DNA from: Azolla caroliniana
Lineage: Eukaryota; Plantae; Polypodiophyta
Length of the DNA stretch: 64,000 nucleotides
NCBI GenBank assembly: GCA_043228905.1
Contig: JBHGNT010000002.1
Location: forward strand, 23,870,001 to 23,934,000
Direction of reading: 5' to 3'
A program made the position numbers and the translations under genes. Shown here one piece after another: positions 48,901-61,773 of the stretch (position 1 is the stretch's first letter; every line of letters begins with the position of its first letter). The notes below the pieces were generated by a model. That model did no database searches. It saw nothing but the letters and a program-made list of their open reading frames with translations, and was not told the origin of the DNA.

Positions 48901-49973
48901 CTTCACGTCCAGTTGCTCGACTTCGAGATCCATGATGGCCGTTATGCTCAACATTGTTCAGATTGATGTCCTCTTTACTACCAGGGCAAATATTTCGTCA
49001 AAATCGACACCCTTCTTTTGTTGAAAACCTTTGACGACAATTCGTGCTTTGTACCTGGGTGGATTCCCACCATCTCCCAGTTTCAACTTGTATACCCATT
49101 TGTTCTGGAGTGCCCTTTTCCCTCTCAGCAACTTAGTCAGTTCGTATGTGTGGTTCTCATGCAAGGATTCCATCTCCTCTTGCATGGCACTGAACCACTT
49201 TTGGTTGTGGCTATCTTTCTTAAATTCTTCAAAGCTTTCTGGCTCACTCTCATCGGTCAGTTGTCACACTCTTCATCTGGAAATCTTCGGGGGGGGCTTC
49301 TCTCTCTAAGGGGGTATCTTCGACCTCCATTCGGCATAGTCGGTTCTTCTTTGACTTCTTCGGCCGAGTCAAATTCGTTTCCTCGTTCGGCCGGGTCCCC
49401 TTGTTCTTCAATCGGTTCTCAATTTTGTCGAGTATTAGATCAACCAACTAGCTCCGATTTGATTTTGGATCGAATCGACTTCTATTTTATTTGGTCGAGC
49501 ATCTACTCAGCTCGATTCGGTAGTTGGAGACTTATTCTCAATCTCCCAATCGACAATCTTCTTCTCTTCCATGAAGACAATTTCTCGGCTCCTAATGACC
49601 TTCTTCTCGGGTAAGTCCCATAGTCGATAGTCGAATTTGTCGTCATCATAGCGGAGAAATAGACACAGTCGGCCCTTGGGATCGAGTTCCCCCCCTGGTC
49701 TTTAACCACATGCACGTAGACCAGGCAATTGAACACCCTTAGATGCCGATATGACACCTCTTTGCCGGACAATATCCTTTGTGGTATGTCACTTTCTAGT
49801 GGGACCGAGCGAGACCTGTTTATCACATAAACGGTTGTCATGAGCGCTCGGCCTAGTAGATCTTTGGCAATTTCGCATGTGCCAGCATACATCAGACTCT
49901 CTCCATGATAGTCTCGTTCATTCACTCGGCCATCCCATTTAGTTCTAGCATCTTCGGCACCTTGAGTTAGGTA

Positions 49974-50802
49974 CATGGTTGTTTACGTACCCGTATTTAA
50001 CATTTAAATACGTATAATACCTCATCATTTGTATAGTACGTACTATACCTCAATGTTGTTCAGTCAAATATCATGTACATTTTTCCAATACGATATTTAA
50101 CGTATTTATAAAAAACAAGTATAATACGTATTTATAAAGAAAATGTAAGTAAAACCCTAACAAAAAGCAAAAGAAAAAAAGGATTTTAGTGAAAAATAAG
50201 CCAAAGCAAGGAAGAAAGAAGAATAGAAGAGACGACGATGAAGAAGATGAAGAAGAAGAAGAGAGAAAAGAAGACATAAACTTGTCCTAAGTGTGATAAT
50301 CGCAGGCGATAGAAGAAGAAGAAGAAAATGAAGAAAAGAGAAACCTATCATGAGTGTGATAATCATAGACGATTCCTCAATCTATGAAGGCATAATTGTA
50401 AATAATTACAATTTGAAGTAGAACATCGTGATACACACTTACACTGATTTATAGAATAAGGGAATGTCGACATCCATATTACTACAGTTATTTTAGGATG
50501 TGAAATGTTCAATTGTCTTATATGCATTTTAAGATGTATAACTATATTGTACATCACAAAATTGTGTAAACATAGATGTTTTTCACAATATTATAGATAT
50601 TTTTTAGAAAGGTAAATAATTTTCAAATTCTAGAAGTATTTAACGTACTATACGTAAAATACGTATTTTACGTACTTTACGTATTTTATAAGTATTTAAC
50701 ATATTAAGAAAACATATTTAACATATTTTTAAATTGGGAGGTACTATACAGGTATTAATACATTAAATACGTATGGTATCCGTACCGTACCTAACAACCT
50801 TG
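49974..50802. mobile_element. hAT-type MITE, copy 2 (inside the integrase of H)
   Basis: Same termini as copy 1. 8-bp TSD GTTAGGTA at 49966-49973 and 50803-50810. Confidence 0.92.
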
Positions 50803-53019
50803 GTTAGGTAGTACTCTTCGAACAGTCTGCGGTACTCTCCGCCATTGTCCGTCCAAACTGTCTTCAATTTTCAGTAGGTTTCTCTCTCATCTCTCGCCTA
50901 GAACTCCTTGAAAATACCTAGTACTAGATCCTTCATATTCTGCACATAAGCCAACAACTTACACCTATAATCATCACTAACGGTAACAAAGTATTGTCCA
51001 CCAGAATGAGACTTCACGTCTACATAGCATACATTGGTGTGTACGAGCTCCAAGGTGGTTTCCTCCAAATCGGAGGCCTAAGTCAGAACGCGGCTCTATT
51101 TTGTTTGTTGACCAGGAAATCGGCACATTTATCGAGATGCACTTTCTTCACCTCCGGTATGAGTTCTTTTTCGGCTAGCATTTGCATTCCCTTCTGGCAC
51201 ATGTGCCATAGCCTCTTATGCCACAATTCACCGGTTCTGTTGGCTACCACGTTTACTTCGCCTTGGCATAAATGAGCATTCATTATGTACAGTGTGCTGG
51301 TTTTCCAGGGTCGAGCCACGATTAGGCTCCCCTTGCAGAACTTCATGACGTCATTGCGGATGCTACCCGTGTAGCCTTTGTCATCCAACCGGCCGGCTGA
51401 TTTCAAGTTTTGTCAAACTTCCAGAACATGTTGAACATCCCTCAACACTAGTCTACACCCGGTGGATGTCATCAAATACATGTCTCCAATATCGATGATT
51501 CAGCATGCTCCTTCATTCCCCATTTTTACAAGACCATGGTCTCCGGCCTTGTATGATGAGAAACACTTTCGGTCGGGGGTTAGGTGAAACAACGCACCCG
51601 AATCGACCACCATGGTTGATTCTTTGTCAATGAGATTGACCTCATTTTGTTCACTAATGAACAACAACTTCTCTTCACTCGCGTCGATTGTTGAGCTGTT
51701 CTTTCTGTTTAGTATTATCTTCGGCTCTACACCATCAGTTCCCCCTTTCTCCTTTCAAAAGTGTTTGCAATTCCTTTGGAAGTGCCCTGGCTTCCCACAA
51801 TAGAATCACGTGGGCCTTCCCCTTGACTTCGACCTTGTCCCCAACTTATCTCGATTCTAGGGACTTCGATTTCGGCCTCTTCCTCGATTCGTGTCACTTT
51901 CCGTGACAAGGGCCTTCGGGTTGATATTGGACTCTCGGTCTTTCTGGTGAGCTTCTCCATTGAATAAGCTCGACTTCACCTCCTCTAGAGATAAATGCTT
52001 CCCTTCCGGTCCGGCGTTGCCTAATGTGACAATGAGCGTCTCCCAGTTGTCCGGAAGGGATCCCAGCAACAATAGTGCTAATACCTCGTCGGCAAGAGGT
52101 ACTTCTAGAGAGGTGGTTTGGTTCATCAATCCTTGGAAGGCATTAATGTGTTTTGCCATGTTGGAGCCGTCTTGATATCAGAGTCTCACGATTTTTCTGA
52201 AAACTAAGACTCTGTTCACGACGTTCTGGTTTTCAAACATCACGCCAATCTTCTTCCACAGGACGTCAGCGCTCATCTCTTCATCAAAGTTGTTGTATAG
52301 ACTCATGTCTATAAAACACCTTATATATGTTGCTGCCTTTAGATGCATGACTTCCCCGATAGCCACAGGTCTTTGCACACGAGCATGTCTTCAGATGCAT
52401 CGATCTTGTCTGGCTTGCTTTTGCCGAACTGCATCGGCAACCATAGGTCTTTGCACACGAGCGTGCCTCTCATCTTCGACTTCCACAATGAGTAGTTGGA
52501 GCTGGTAAGCTTGAACATGATGCCGAACAAGTTTTCCATCACTCTAATACCTCTTTATTAGAATCTGCACCAGCTACAACCGATTACTTGTACGTAGTCG
52601 GATGCAAAAACGAGGTAGATAGTACACAGACAGGAAACGTGAAGACGGAAAAACAAGTACAGAGACACTCAGATATTTAACATGGAAAACCACAAGGGTC
52701 CACAAACCCCAAGACTCACAGGCACTGACCTCGAGCTCGTTCTCGTTTAACAAATGGTGGCTGAGTTACAACTCACAGTCACTCTCTCTCTCTTACGCTC
52801 ACAATTACAGAGGCAACTACCTTGTGTAACTATAAAACTATAATGATTCTTCACACTAATTGAAAGTTTGGCATACTTGTTTATATACTAAAACAACTTT
52901 CTGACTATTTACAAGTATAGCCCACAAGGGGCACATTTGGACTATCTACAAATATAGTCTCCCGATTTTGGAAATCGATTTCAGCTCATCCCATCCGGAG
53001 GGACTTGGTTTTCCCAACA

Positions 53020-56000
53020 ATTTTAGGATACCCTTGGTTTTTTAATTAAAACCCTTCTTTGTCCATTGATTGGGTTAATCACTCAATCACGTTTGAACTT
53101 AATAATTGTAAACATTTTATTCAATGTTTCAAACTTCCTTGTCTTTCACTTGTGTCTTATAAATCTTTAAGTCAGTATTCTAGTTCATCAATTTATTCGT
53201 GTGTAATTGATCCCACACTTCAATTTTATTATTTTAATATTGACGCCACACAATTACCACATTATGAACGAAAATTACTCGATTCTATTTTAGATGATTT
53301 TCAAGATGTGTTTCCTAATGAATTGCCACTTACTTTACCACCAAAACGTAATGTGGACCATCCGATTTAACTCATCCCCAGTGATGCCTCTATGAGCATT
53401 CCACCTTATCGACTTAGTCGATTAGAAGAGGACGAGATCGCTAAACAACTTAAGGAATACTTGATTATGGGCCACATTAGGTATAGTAAATCACCTTCGG
53501 GTGCGTTAGTTCTGTTAGTTAAGAAGAAGGAAAGTTCATGGCGAATGTGTATCAATTATACTCGTTTGAATAAAATGACAATAAAAAATGCATATTCGTT
53601 ACCTCATGCCGATGATTTGATTGATCGTTTGCATGGGGCCCAATATTTTACGAAAATTGACTTATGAACAGGTTATCATCATATTCGCACTGCCGAGGAT
53701 GATATTCCTAAAACTGCTTTTCGTACATGCTATGGCTATTATGAGTTTTTAGGCATGCCTTTCAGGTTCACTAATGCTCCAACCACATTCCAACAAGCGA
53801 TGAATGACCTTTTCTGAGATCAACTCGGTGATTTTGTTGTCGTCTTCTTGGATGACATTCTCGTATGTAGTCGTACCTTGCAAGATCATGTTCAACATGT
53901 TCGATTTGTTTTGCAAAGGTTGCATCACAACTCTTTCTATGCAAAACATTCAAAATGCGATTCTTTCCAAAAATCTATTGTGTACCTAGGTCATTTAATT
54001 ACGGAAAATGGTGTTGAAATTGAACCTTCTTGTATTGAAAAGGTTTAAAACTTTGGCCCATTCCTCATAATATTCCTGAACTTCCATCATTCTTCAGATT
54101 TGTTGGATTTTTACGAAAATCAATTCGTAACTATTCCAAATTGACTACACCATTAATTGACCTTTTAAAAGGTCATCCATGCAAGTCTGTCAAAACAAAT
54201 TTCCTAGAATGAAAAATTTGACACATCATTTGAGACACTCAAAGAGCATCTGTGTCAAGCTCGCACTCTTCTATTACCGACCCTTCAAAGCCTTTCTTAA
54301 TGGAAACAGATGCTAGTGATTATGCAATTGGTGTCATTCTTTATCAAGGTGGTCACCCTATCTCTTTTGAAAGTAAAAAGATTGATACTACTCAATCTCA
54401 GTATTCGGTTCAAGAGAAAGATTTGTTCGCGGTAATACATGCACTAAAAACATGGAGGCATTAACTCTATGGAAATCAAGTTGTGGTTACAATAGACCAT
54501 CAATCCTTGAAGTATTTTTGTGACCAACTAGATCTTGTTGGTAGTAAAAACCATTGGGCTGACCTTATGCAAGATTTTGATTTTACCATATGGTATCACA
54601 AGGGTTCTATGAACATAGTTGCGAATGCTCTTAGTCGCATTAAAGAAGTTAATATGCTTAGCTTCACGGAAATCAAAATCTGATCTTTTAGATCACCTTC
54701 GAGGGAAATACCTTGATAACAATTATTTCTCGAAATACTGGACGAAAGCCAAATATGGTTTAGATGTTGTTACTAGCACCCTACCCTCGAAGGCGACCTT
54801 TCACATTACAAATGGTTTGCTCTACCATAGTGGAAAGGTCTATGTGCCAGATTTATCAAACGTAAAACAGAAAATTCTTCATGAATGTCATGATGCACCA
54901 ACTTTGGTCAGCCTGGAATACAATGCACACTCATTCTCATCTCATGAATGTCATGATGCACCATATGTTGGTCAGCCTGGAATACAACGCACACTCTTCT
55001 TATCTCGTGTACTTTTTTCTGGCCTAAGATGCGCCATGATGTGCATAAATACGTGAGTCAATGCTTACAATGCCATCAACTTGTTGGTCTTTTACATCCC
55101 TTAGATATTCCCAATAACAAATGGGAAAGTATCTCGATGGATTTTATTGTTAGTTTACCTCGTACACAGAGGGGTCACAATGCCATTTGGGTTGTCATTG
55201 ATCGACTAACAAATTTGGCTAGATTTATTCCTACCAAAACCACCGTAACCACTCAACAATTGGCTTATAAATTTGTTGATGAGTTATTTCGTTTTTATGG
55301 ATTACTGATGGATATTGTTAGTGATCGAGATTCCAAGTTTACTAGTGACTTTTGGACTCATGTCTTTAAGAAACTAGAAACTACGTTGAGCATGAGTTAC
55401 GCAGATCTTACTTAGTCTGATGGACAAACTGAACGAGTTAATCAAATTATTGAGGACATGCTTCGAGCGTATGTAGCAAAAACCCCTTCTAAGTGGGAGC
55501 AATACTCTATCTTAGAATTTTTCTATAATAGCTCTAAACATAATTCCGTTGGATATAGTCCTTTTATGATGATGTATGGTTTTCAGCCACGTGCCCCAAT
55601 CAACGTGACGATTCATGGTGATACATTAGACAGTACACGCAATTTTTTGCAAGACATGAACCAAATGTTGCATATTGCCAAAGAAAATGTTCGGACAACT
55701 CAGGATCGTGCTCGATTTTATGTTAATCAGGATCGACATCGTCGTGCATTTACTATTGGTCAAAAAGTTTTTTGGCGTGTCCCTACTGACTCTACGTCAT
55801 TGTCTACAGGCAAGTGTCCTAAGTTAGCCTCACGATATTGTGGCCCATTTGAAATCCTTAAGTGATTTGGGTCATCTGCTTATCACGTTGCCTTACCCCA
55901 TAACGTTGGTATTTATCCCGTTTTTCACGTCAGTCGTCTAAAACCATTTTTAGGCTCCGGTGATAACACCATCACAATCCAAGATCTTCTAACATTAGAG

Positions 56001-56190
56001 GATTTTTCTTACAAACCTCGAATTCTTGATTCTAGTACTAAACATTTACGTTCTAAAGTGATTCGGCTATTCAAGATCAAATGGATGGATAAACCTATTG
56101 ACAATGCCACATGGGAACACGAGCATATGATTAAGGCACAATTTCCTCATTTTATATTGCAAGAGTGCAATCTCTTGAAGTAGGGGAGCA
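53020..56190 (+). pseudogene. Degenerate Gypsy chromovirus pol remnant I (protease end, RT, RNase H, integrase, chromodomain-like tail, PPT)
   Basis: DVFPNELP, FTKIDL, LDDILV, METDASDYAIG, WESISMDFI, SDRDSKF and RYCGPF. PPT gaagtaggggagca, then tgtta at 56191. Confidence 0.88.
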
Positions 56191-56594
56191 TGTTATGTAC
56201 ACATAATGTAGGTGAGGGTAGGTCATTAATATTTACATAAGTGAAGGGTATGTTCACTAATGTTAAAGAGGGGACTAACGTGATTGGATAGAAGGAATGA
56301 TAGGTGCATGCACTATCATGATTTGGACAACCAATGAATGGAGAACATTTTAGAAAGGCACATCTATTCAAGGGGCCTAGGAAGAGGTAAAAATATGAGG
56401 CTTAACTACCCTCATAAGGACATTATGTCGGAAGGTTGTTGTCTTAGACACCGGTGGTGCGGGCTAGGCTTTCGTCTTGATCATCATGTTATCTCTTCCA
56501 AGGTATTAGTCATCCTAATATCCGACGGTATGGAACGTCGGTGGTGACGGGAACTAAAGGCCCCTTATGCGCAACGCTCATCCTAACATCCAGC

Positions 56595-56696
56595 TCTCTA
56601 TAGCCGGGTACTCCTCATCCGGTTTCGGCCTCAGCCGAGTTTGCTTATCAGCACTGTTCTTCTCCCTTCCCATCCGGAGGGACCTGTCTCCCAACA
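56595..56696 (-). repeat. Fragment of an E-like Copia LTR 5' end
   Basis: The reverse complement tgttgggagacaggtccctccggatgggaag...ggccgaaaccggatgaggagtacccggc matches 35431 onward. Confidence 0.75.
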
Positions 56697-57111
56697 GGTG
56701 GTAGGTTGCTTATGTCTAGATCCTAGCTCAGGGGTGATCAAGTGGAACGGGTTCTTTTATCCAATTTATTTTCCTTCTTTTTACGTTATTTTGGTCTATT
56801 GATTAGTAATAGACTCTTAACATAAAGGTTCCAGATATAGTTGAGAGAGACATGCGAAGATAAAGATTAAATATATAGTAGAATCTTGTTCAAATGGGAA
56901 GATCTAAGGATAAGGGTAGTAAGCTTAACGGTTCAAACCCCACTAGGGTTGATAATGGGGGAAAGATGAGCTACGATTTGTAAGAACAACAATGAATTGT
57001 GCAATATATATGAACTTGATTAAAATACCTTTTGCTTCTTTGGCCACCCATGAGAAGATAAGATAAGTGAACACAAAAAGAAAAGCAATGGTGTACACTT
57101 AAAGAGGTACC

Positions 57112-59417
57112 AACATGTTCGCGTTCACAAGTGGAAGGATCGTGCAGAAATGGAAGGATAAGGAATATTTTGTCTGATCTTGGGGCTTTTTTGGCCATTT
57201 CACAAAACACCTTGATACCAGTATCACATGTTCTCGAAAACTTGATGAAAATGCTAAAAAATTCACCATTTGCTAAAATTGGGAAATGTCAAAATTTGGC
57301 CAAATACGAAAAGTAACTTTGTGTATTTTAAAGGAAAAATGACAACTAATAATTTTTTAGATCTTAAGGAAATCAAAAGCAGAAGATTTCAAAACAATCA
57401 ACTTTTGTATATGATTGAATAAAATGTTGTCTAAATCTGTTACATATCGTTGCACAAAATATACATTCATGAGTTATTTGTATCACTGTGATCACTCCTT
57501 TCATGAGAGTCACTATTATAGCTAATATACAATTATGACTCTTCCTCCTCAGTTTAAAATGTACCAATCAAAGCATTATCTTCATCTACAACCAAATGGT
57601 GTCTCCAAATTATGTGCACTAAATTTTGTTCACCTTCAATCTAAGACACCTTCTAGACTTGGTAATTTTTCTTTTATTATTTGTATCATTGACATCCTTA
57701 AACATCCAACTTTTGTCAGTGTAAAGTCATAAACAATGATTACCATCGAAACAATTATTCTAAAAACAAATATTTCAGTACAATTCGATACAATGTAACG
57801 AATTTAGATTGCAATACAATTTGATACTCAGGTTCAAAGCGTTTTGGTCACAATTGGTTGGATTCTTAATATTGAGTTCAGGTTTAAAGTTTAAAGTTTA
57901 AAGTTTAAAGTTTTTATTTCTGTAAGTATCGAATTGCGATGAAAGCATCACAATTCGAAACTTAAATTCAAATATTGAAACCTGAATTCGATACTAAGTA
58001 TCGAGTTCATGTTTACATATTTTATTTTATGTTTTAAGTTGATAAAAAATTAAAAAAATCTTTAAACTTGAACTTGGTACTTAGTATCGAGTTGTGATGA
58101 AAATAGACTATTTTCATCACAATTCGATACTAAGTATCGAGTTCATGTTTACATATTTTATTTTATTTTTTAAGTTGAAAAAAAAATTGATAAAAAATAA
58201 TAAAAAAATCTTTAAATTTGAACTTGGTACTTAGTATTGAGTTGTGATGAAAATAGGCTGTTTTCATCACAATTCGATACTTAGTATCGAAAACAGGTTT
58301 CGAATTGTGATGCTTTCATCATAATTCAATACTTACGAAAATAAAAATAAATAAATAACTTTAAACCTGAACTCGATACTAAGTATTGAATTGTAGTGAA
58401 AACACCCTATGTTCATCACAATTCAATACTTAGTATCGAATTCAAGTTTCAAATTGTGATATTTTCATCACAATTCAATACTTAGTATCGAATTCAGGTT
58501 TAAAGTTTTGAATTATTATTTTTTTATGAAATAAAATAAAAATTTTGATCTTAAGTTTGATACTAAAAATAGAATTTTGATGCAAACACTTTGAACCTGA
58601 GTATCGAATTAGTACTGCAATCTAAATTCGTTACATTGTATCAAACTGTTCTGACATCTCTTTTTTTAAAATAATTGTGTCAATGGTAATCATTGTGTAT
58701 GACTTTACACCAACAAAAGATGGATGAGCAAGTGACTTTCATTCACATGAGGATTAAAGCCTTAACGTTTTCACCATGGATCGCATGAACCAATTCCTCC
58801 ATTAATTGGTGAACTTAGGGAACTTATTGATTTTGACGACGATCTAGTAGAGGACCCTACTATTGCTAGCCTATGTGGAGTAGATACTACTGCACAAATT
58901 TTCGAGGAGAGTTCTCAAAAGGAAGAAGAGGAGAGCAGTGCGGATACCCTAATAACTGTGTGATATATTCGAAGGATATATTAATGTTCACATCTAGGTT
59001 TGACAGTTTTAATAGTTCATGAATATTGTCTACATTTTTGGAGTTCTGACCTTATGGATGTTGATTAGCACTAAATTTATAGATGTTGATGACACTTCTA
59101 GAACCTACATCTCCTCAAGATAGTAAAACCATTAATCTTAACTTGTTCTTTGAGTTAACCATTGTGATTGTCCTTAAGTTAACCACATTTCATATTTGTA
59201 GACCATCAACATTTAAACATTTATCGAAAAACTATTGAATTTTAGAAACGATCATTTTGACACTTGTTAAATCTCAAAAAAGCAGCGAATTTTATATGTT
59301 ATTTACGACATGTGATACAGGTGTATCAACTTTCTGAAAATTGCCTAAAATCGCAAATTATAAAAGGAATCTAATAATGGAATGCGCGATCCTTCCACTT
59401 CTGAACGTGAACGTGTT
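57112..59417. mobile_element. Non-autonomous TIR element with 35-bp AACA-start TIRs and a 4-bp TSD (Sola-like)
   Basis: Left aacatgttcgcgttcacaagtggaaggatcgtgca versus reverse complement of the right end aacacgttcacgttcagaagtggaaggatcgcgca. TSD TACC at 57108-57111 and 59418-59421. Confidence 0.87.
57703..58726. repeat. Foldback-like structure: ~140-bp inverted arms around an array of catcacaattcgatacttagtatcga units
   Basis: 57703-57845 is the reverse complement of ~58582-58726. The internal motif occurs in both orientations. Confidence 0.82.
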
Positions 59418-59877
59418 TACCACTAATTTTCTTCAACAAAGGAGATCATGAACGATGAACATAAGTAGCAAGAGAGCTCATTGTTGGGGTAATACCTTTG
59501 TAAAGAACTATAAAGATAAGTTGTAGGCCTTTTTAGTTCTTCATCTCCTCTTAAGATTAAAGCTAGATCTCTCTCTCTCTCTCTCATAATTTAACAACAA
59601 ACCTAATCTCCCTTTTATGTGTTTTATGGTAATCTTAACTATCAATTCAGAAGAAGGATGGTTTGCTTATTCACTTGTGTTCTTATGTGTTATGTACTTA
59701 ATAAGTTTAAGGCTTAAGCATTCACAAGGCATTAGTAAGTTTCTTAGTCGGTCCTCTTTTCTAGAGAGGAGAATGAGAGTTTGTTAAGTCAAATTATACA
59801 ATGTTAGTTGCTCAAGGGTTCCTAACAACAACTTGCGCTTGGTGTGCTAACAAGAGGGTGCATAAAAGTATGAACAT

Positions 59878-60252
59878 GATCTCGATGAGGAAATACAACT
59901 CTAATCAAGATGAAGACCTACTCCCATTGAAAGCTCCTTGAGCTCGCACAAGGTAATGGGTAAGCACATAGTATTTCCCATCACCAACCCTTGTACCTCC
60001 CTTTCTATAAGGAAGTGTGTAAGCTCCATAATTTTTTATTTACAACCACTCATGCTTGATTTGTAATTGAAAGGGTACAAAATGGTCTAGCCTTAACACA
60101 CAATCTTGATGAGGGGATACAACTCTAGTTGAGACAAAGATGTGCGCTCATTAGATCCTCCATGATTAGGCACAAGGTAATGGGTAAGCTCACAATATTG
60201 CTCAACACCAAACCTTGTGCCTCCCTTTCTATCAATAAAGGTTGTAAGCTCC
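59878..60252 (+). repeat. Diverged ~225-bp-period direct duplication, probably within a long LTR
   Basis: gatgagg..atacaactcta...gcacaaggtaatgggtaagc...cctccctttctat...tgtaagctcca occurs twice. A PBS-like tggtatcaaagc follows at 60579-60590. Confidence 0.7.
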
Positions 60253-60719
60253 ATTGATTTATGTACTTTCATAAATATGAAGTTATTGATAAGTAATTAT
60301 CAATGTCTTAGATAAGTGAATATAAGAAACACAAACTATTTGGTTCATGTCTATAGTAATCAAAGAGCTTAAATCATCAATGATCTTGCTTCATCATTGT
60401 ATTCTATCAACGTTGATGAATCATCTACCAAAGGTGAACCTAGTAGTGCATTCGAAAATCTAGATTGTGGGACTTTTGCATTCTCAATACATATAATGAC
60501 ATCTTAAACTTCTTGAATTGTGTCCTCAACTTGACCCTAACTTAGGTTTAAGAATTTTTTAGAGTTAAATCTTTTATCTGGTATCAAAGCGAAAATCAAT
60601 CATAGCATAGATGAGATCAATACATTTGTCATAATTAAGAGTCAAGAAAAAAGAGTTTCTCAAGGTCACATCGGAAGAAAATATCCATGATAAAGGGAAA
60701 ACTTTTGAATCAATAGCAT

Positions 60720-61535
60720 AAGTGGGGTGTTTCAAGCATACATTTGAAGGCTTATTGGAAATGAATTTGGTCTTTCAGGGAACCAACCAAATATATTCTC
60801 TTCAAATGGCTTTTACTACATGCAGCACTATCAATAGGTTAGCCACTGAAAGGAGATGTGACAACCATTCGTAGAGAATGTTGTTATTACGGTAAGATGC
60901 AGGAAACCACCAAGCATGCTCTCTGGTCCTGTTCACTAGGCCATCAAGTATGGAAGCAAGTTCTTCCTTTATTCTTGACGATTAATGTTGGTTGCCTCTT
61001 CTCCTAGGAATCCGCAGTATGGGGGGTTCTCCATTCCAACCTCTTGTTGTATGAGGCAGATGATGCTCCAGAGGATATCAATAGGCATTTAGTCTTGGTC
61101 TCCCCCTTTCAACAACCTCACAAGCAAGTGCATGCAGCCCATGTATGGAAAATAGTATCAATGGTTACATTATGGATCTTATGGAAAGGTATCATTGTAA
61201 AAAACGATATGATTCCATAACTCCTCTTCTCTCTGATATATTGTCTGAACTATGGGAGAGCTTATTGGTGGTAGTGTGTGGGCAATATAACACTATGCAT
61301 GGCTCTTTGGAGGTTATTCTTAAGAAAAGGAAAAAAATAATGCAGTAATGGAGGAAGTTGCTTCTATTCATGGTCTCCTCTCAAGCACAAATATGGAATT
61401 ACCATCGCCCTTGGTCCTTGCTCTGACCATCTCCTTTGTACATGGCACTTTCTAATTGTACACTTTGTAGCCTTTCGGAGCTTTTCTTAATACTAATGAA
61501 GGAAATCTTTTGGGGAAAATATATATATATATATA
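60720..61535 (+). mobile_element. 5'-truncated L1-type LINE remnant (zf-RVT region)
   Basis: Reads WK*IWS..PTKYILFKWLLLHAAL...C...QETTKHALWSCSLGHQVWK and ends in an A/AT-rich tail. Confidence 0.7.
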
Positions 61536-61773
61536 TCCATGTTATTTACTAGAACCACTAAAAACATTTCTCAATCAAGCTACGTTATTTCCTATACGGT
61601 TTCATCCCATAGAGAAGCCTACTTAGATTATGCTAGAGAAGTAAATTCCATATTATACATCGCAAGTTCCTTCAAGGGTCTTTGATGAGGAGTGAAATTG
61701 TGAATCTTTTGGAGCATAGAAACTAATAGGAACTCCACAATTGCATTTAATGGCTTAAAGATGAGTTCATTCT

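Larger units (their letters stand above)
18115..53019 (-). mobile_element. Old degenerate Ty1/Copia element H (outermost host of the nest)
   Basis: Partial 3' LTR ~18115-18319 matches 52690-52860. 5' LTR ~52555-53019 ends cccaaca. Gag 51700-52540, integrase/RT 48476-51600, RT/RNaseH 18320-19053. The RT sequence is continuous across G once the ACGT TSD is collapsed. Confidence 0.85.

Noticed and set aside
54875-54995. ~55-bp local duplication in the integrase of I (similar one in H's gag at ~52355-52470)
   Set aside because: Ordinary repair or slippage scars in dead elements.
57940-58500. CRISPR-like regularly recurring palindromic repeat
   Set aside because: Units occur in both orientations, spacers are duplicated or poly-A/T, there are no cas genes, and the context is eukaryotic.
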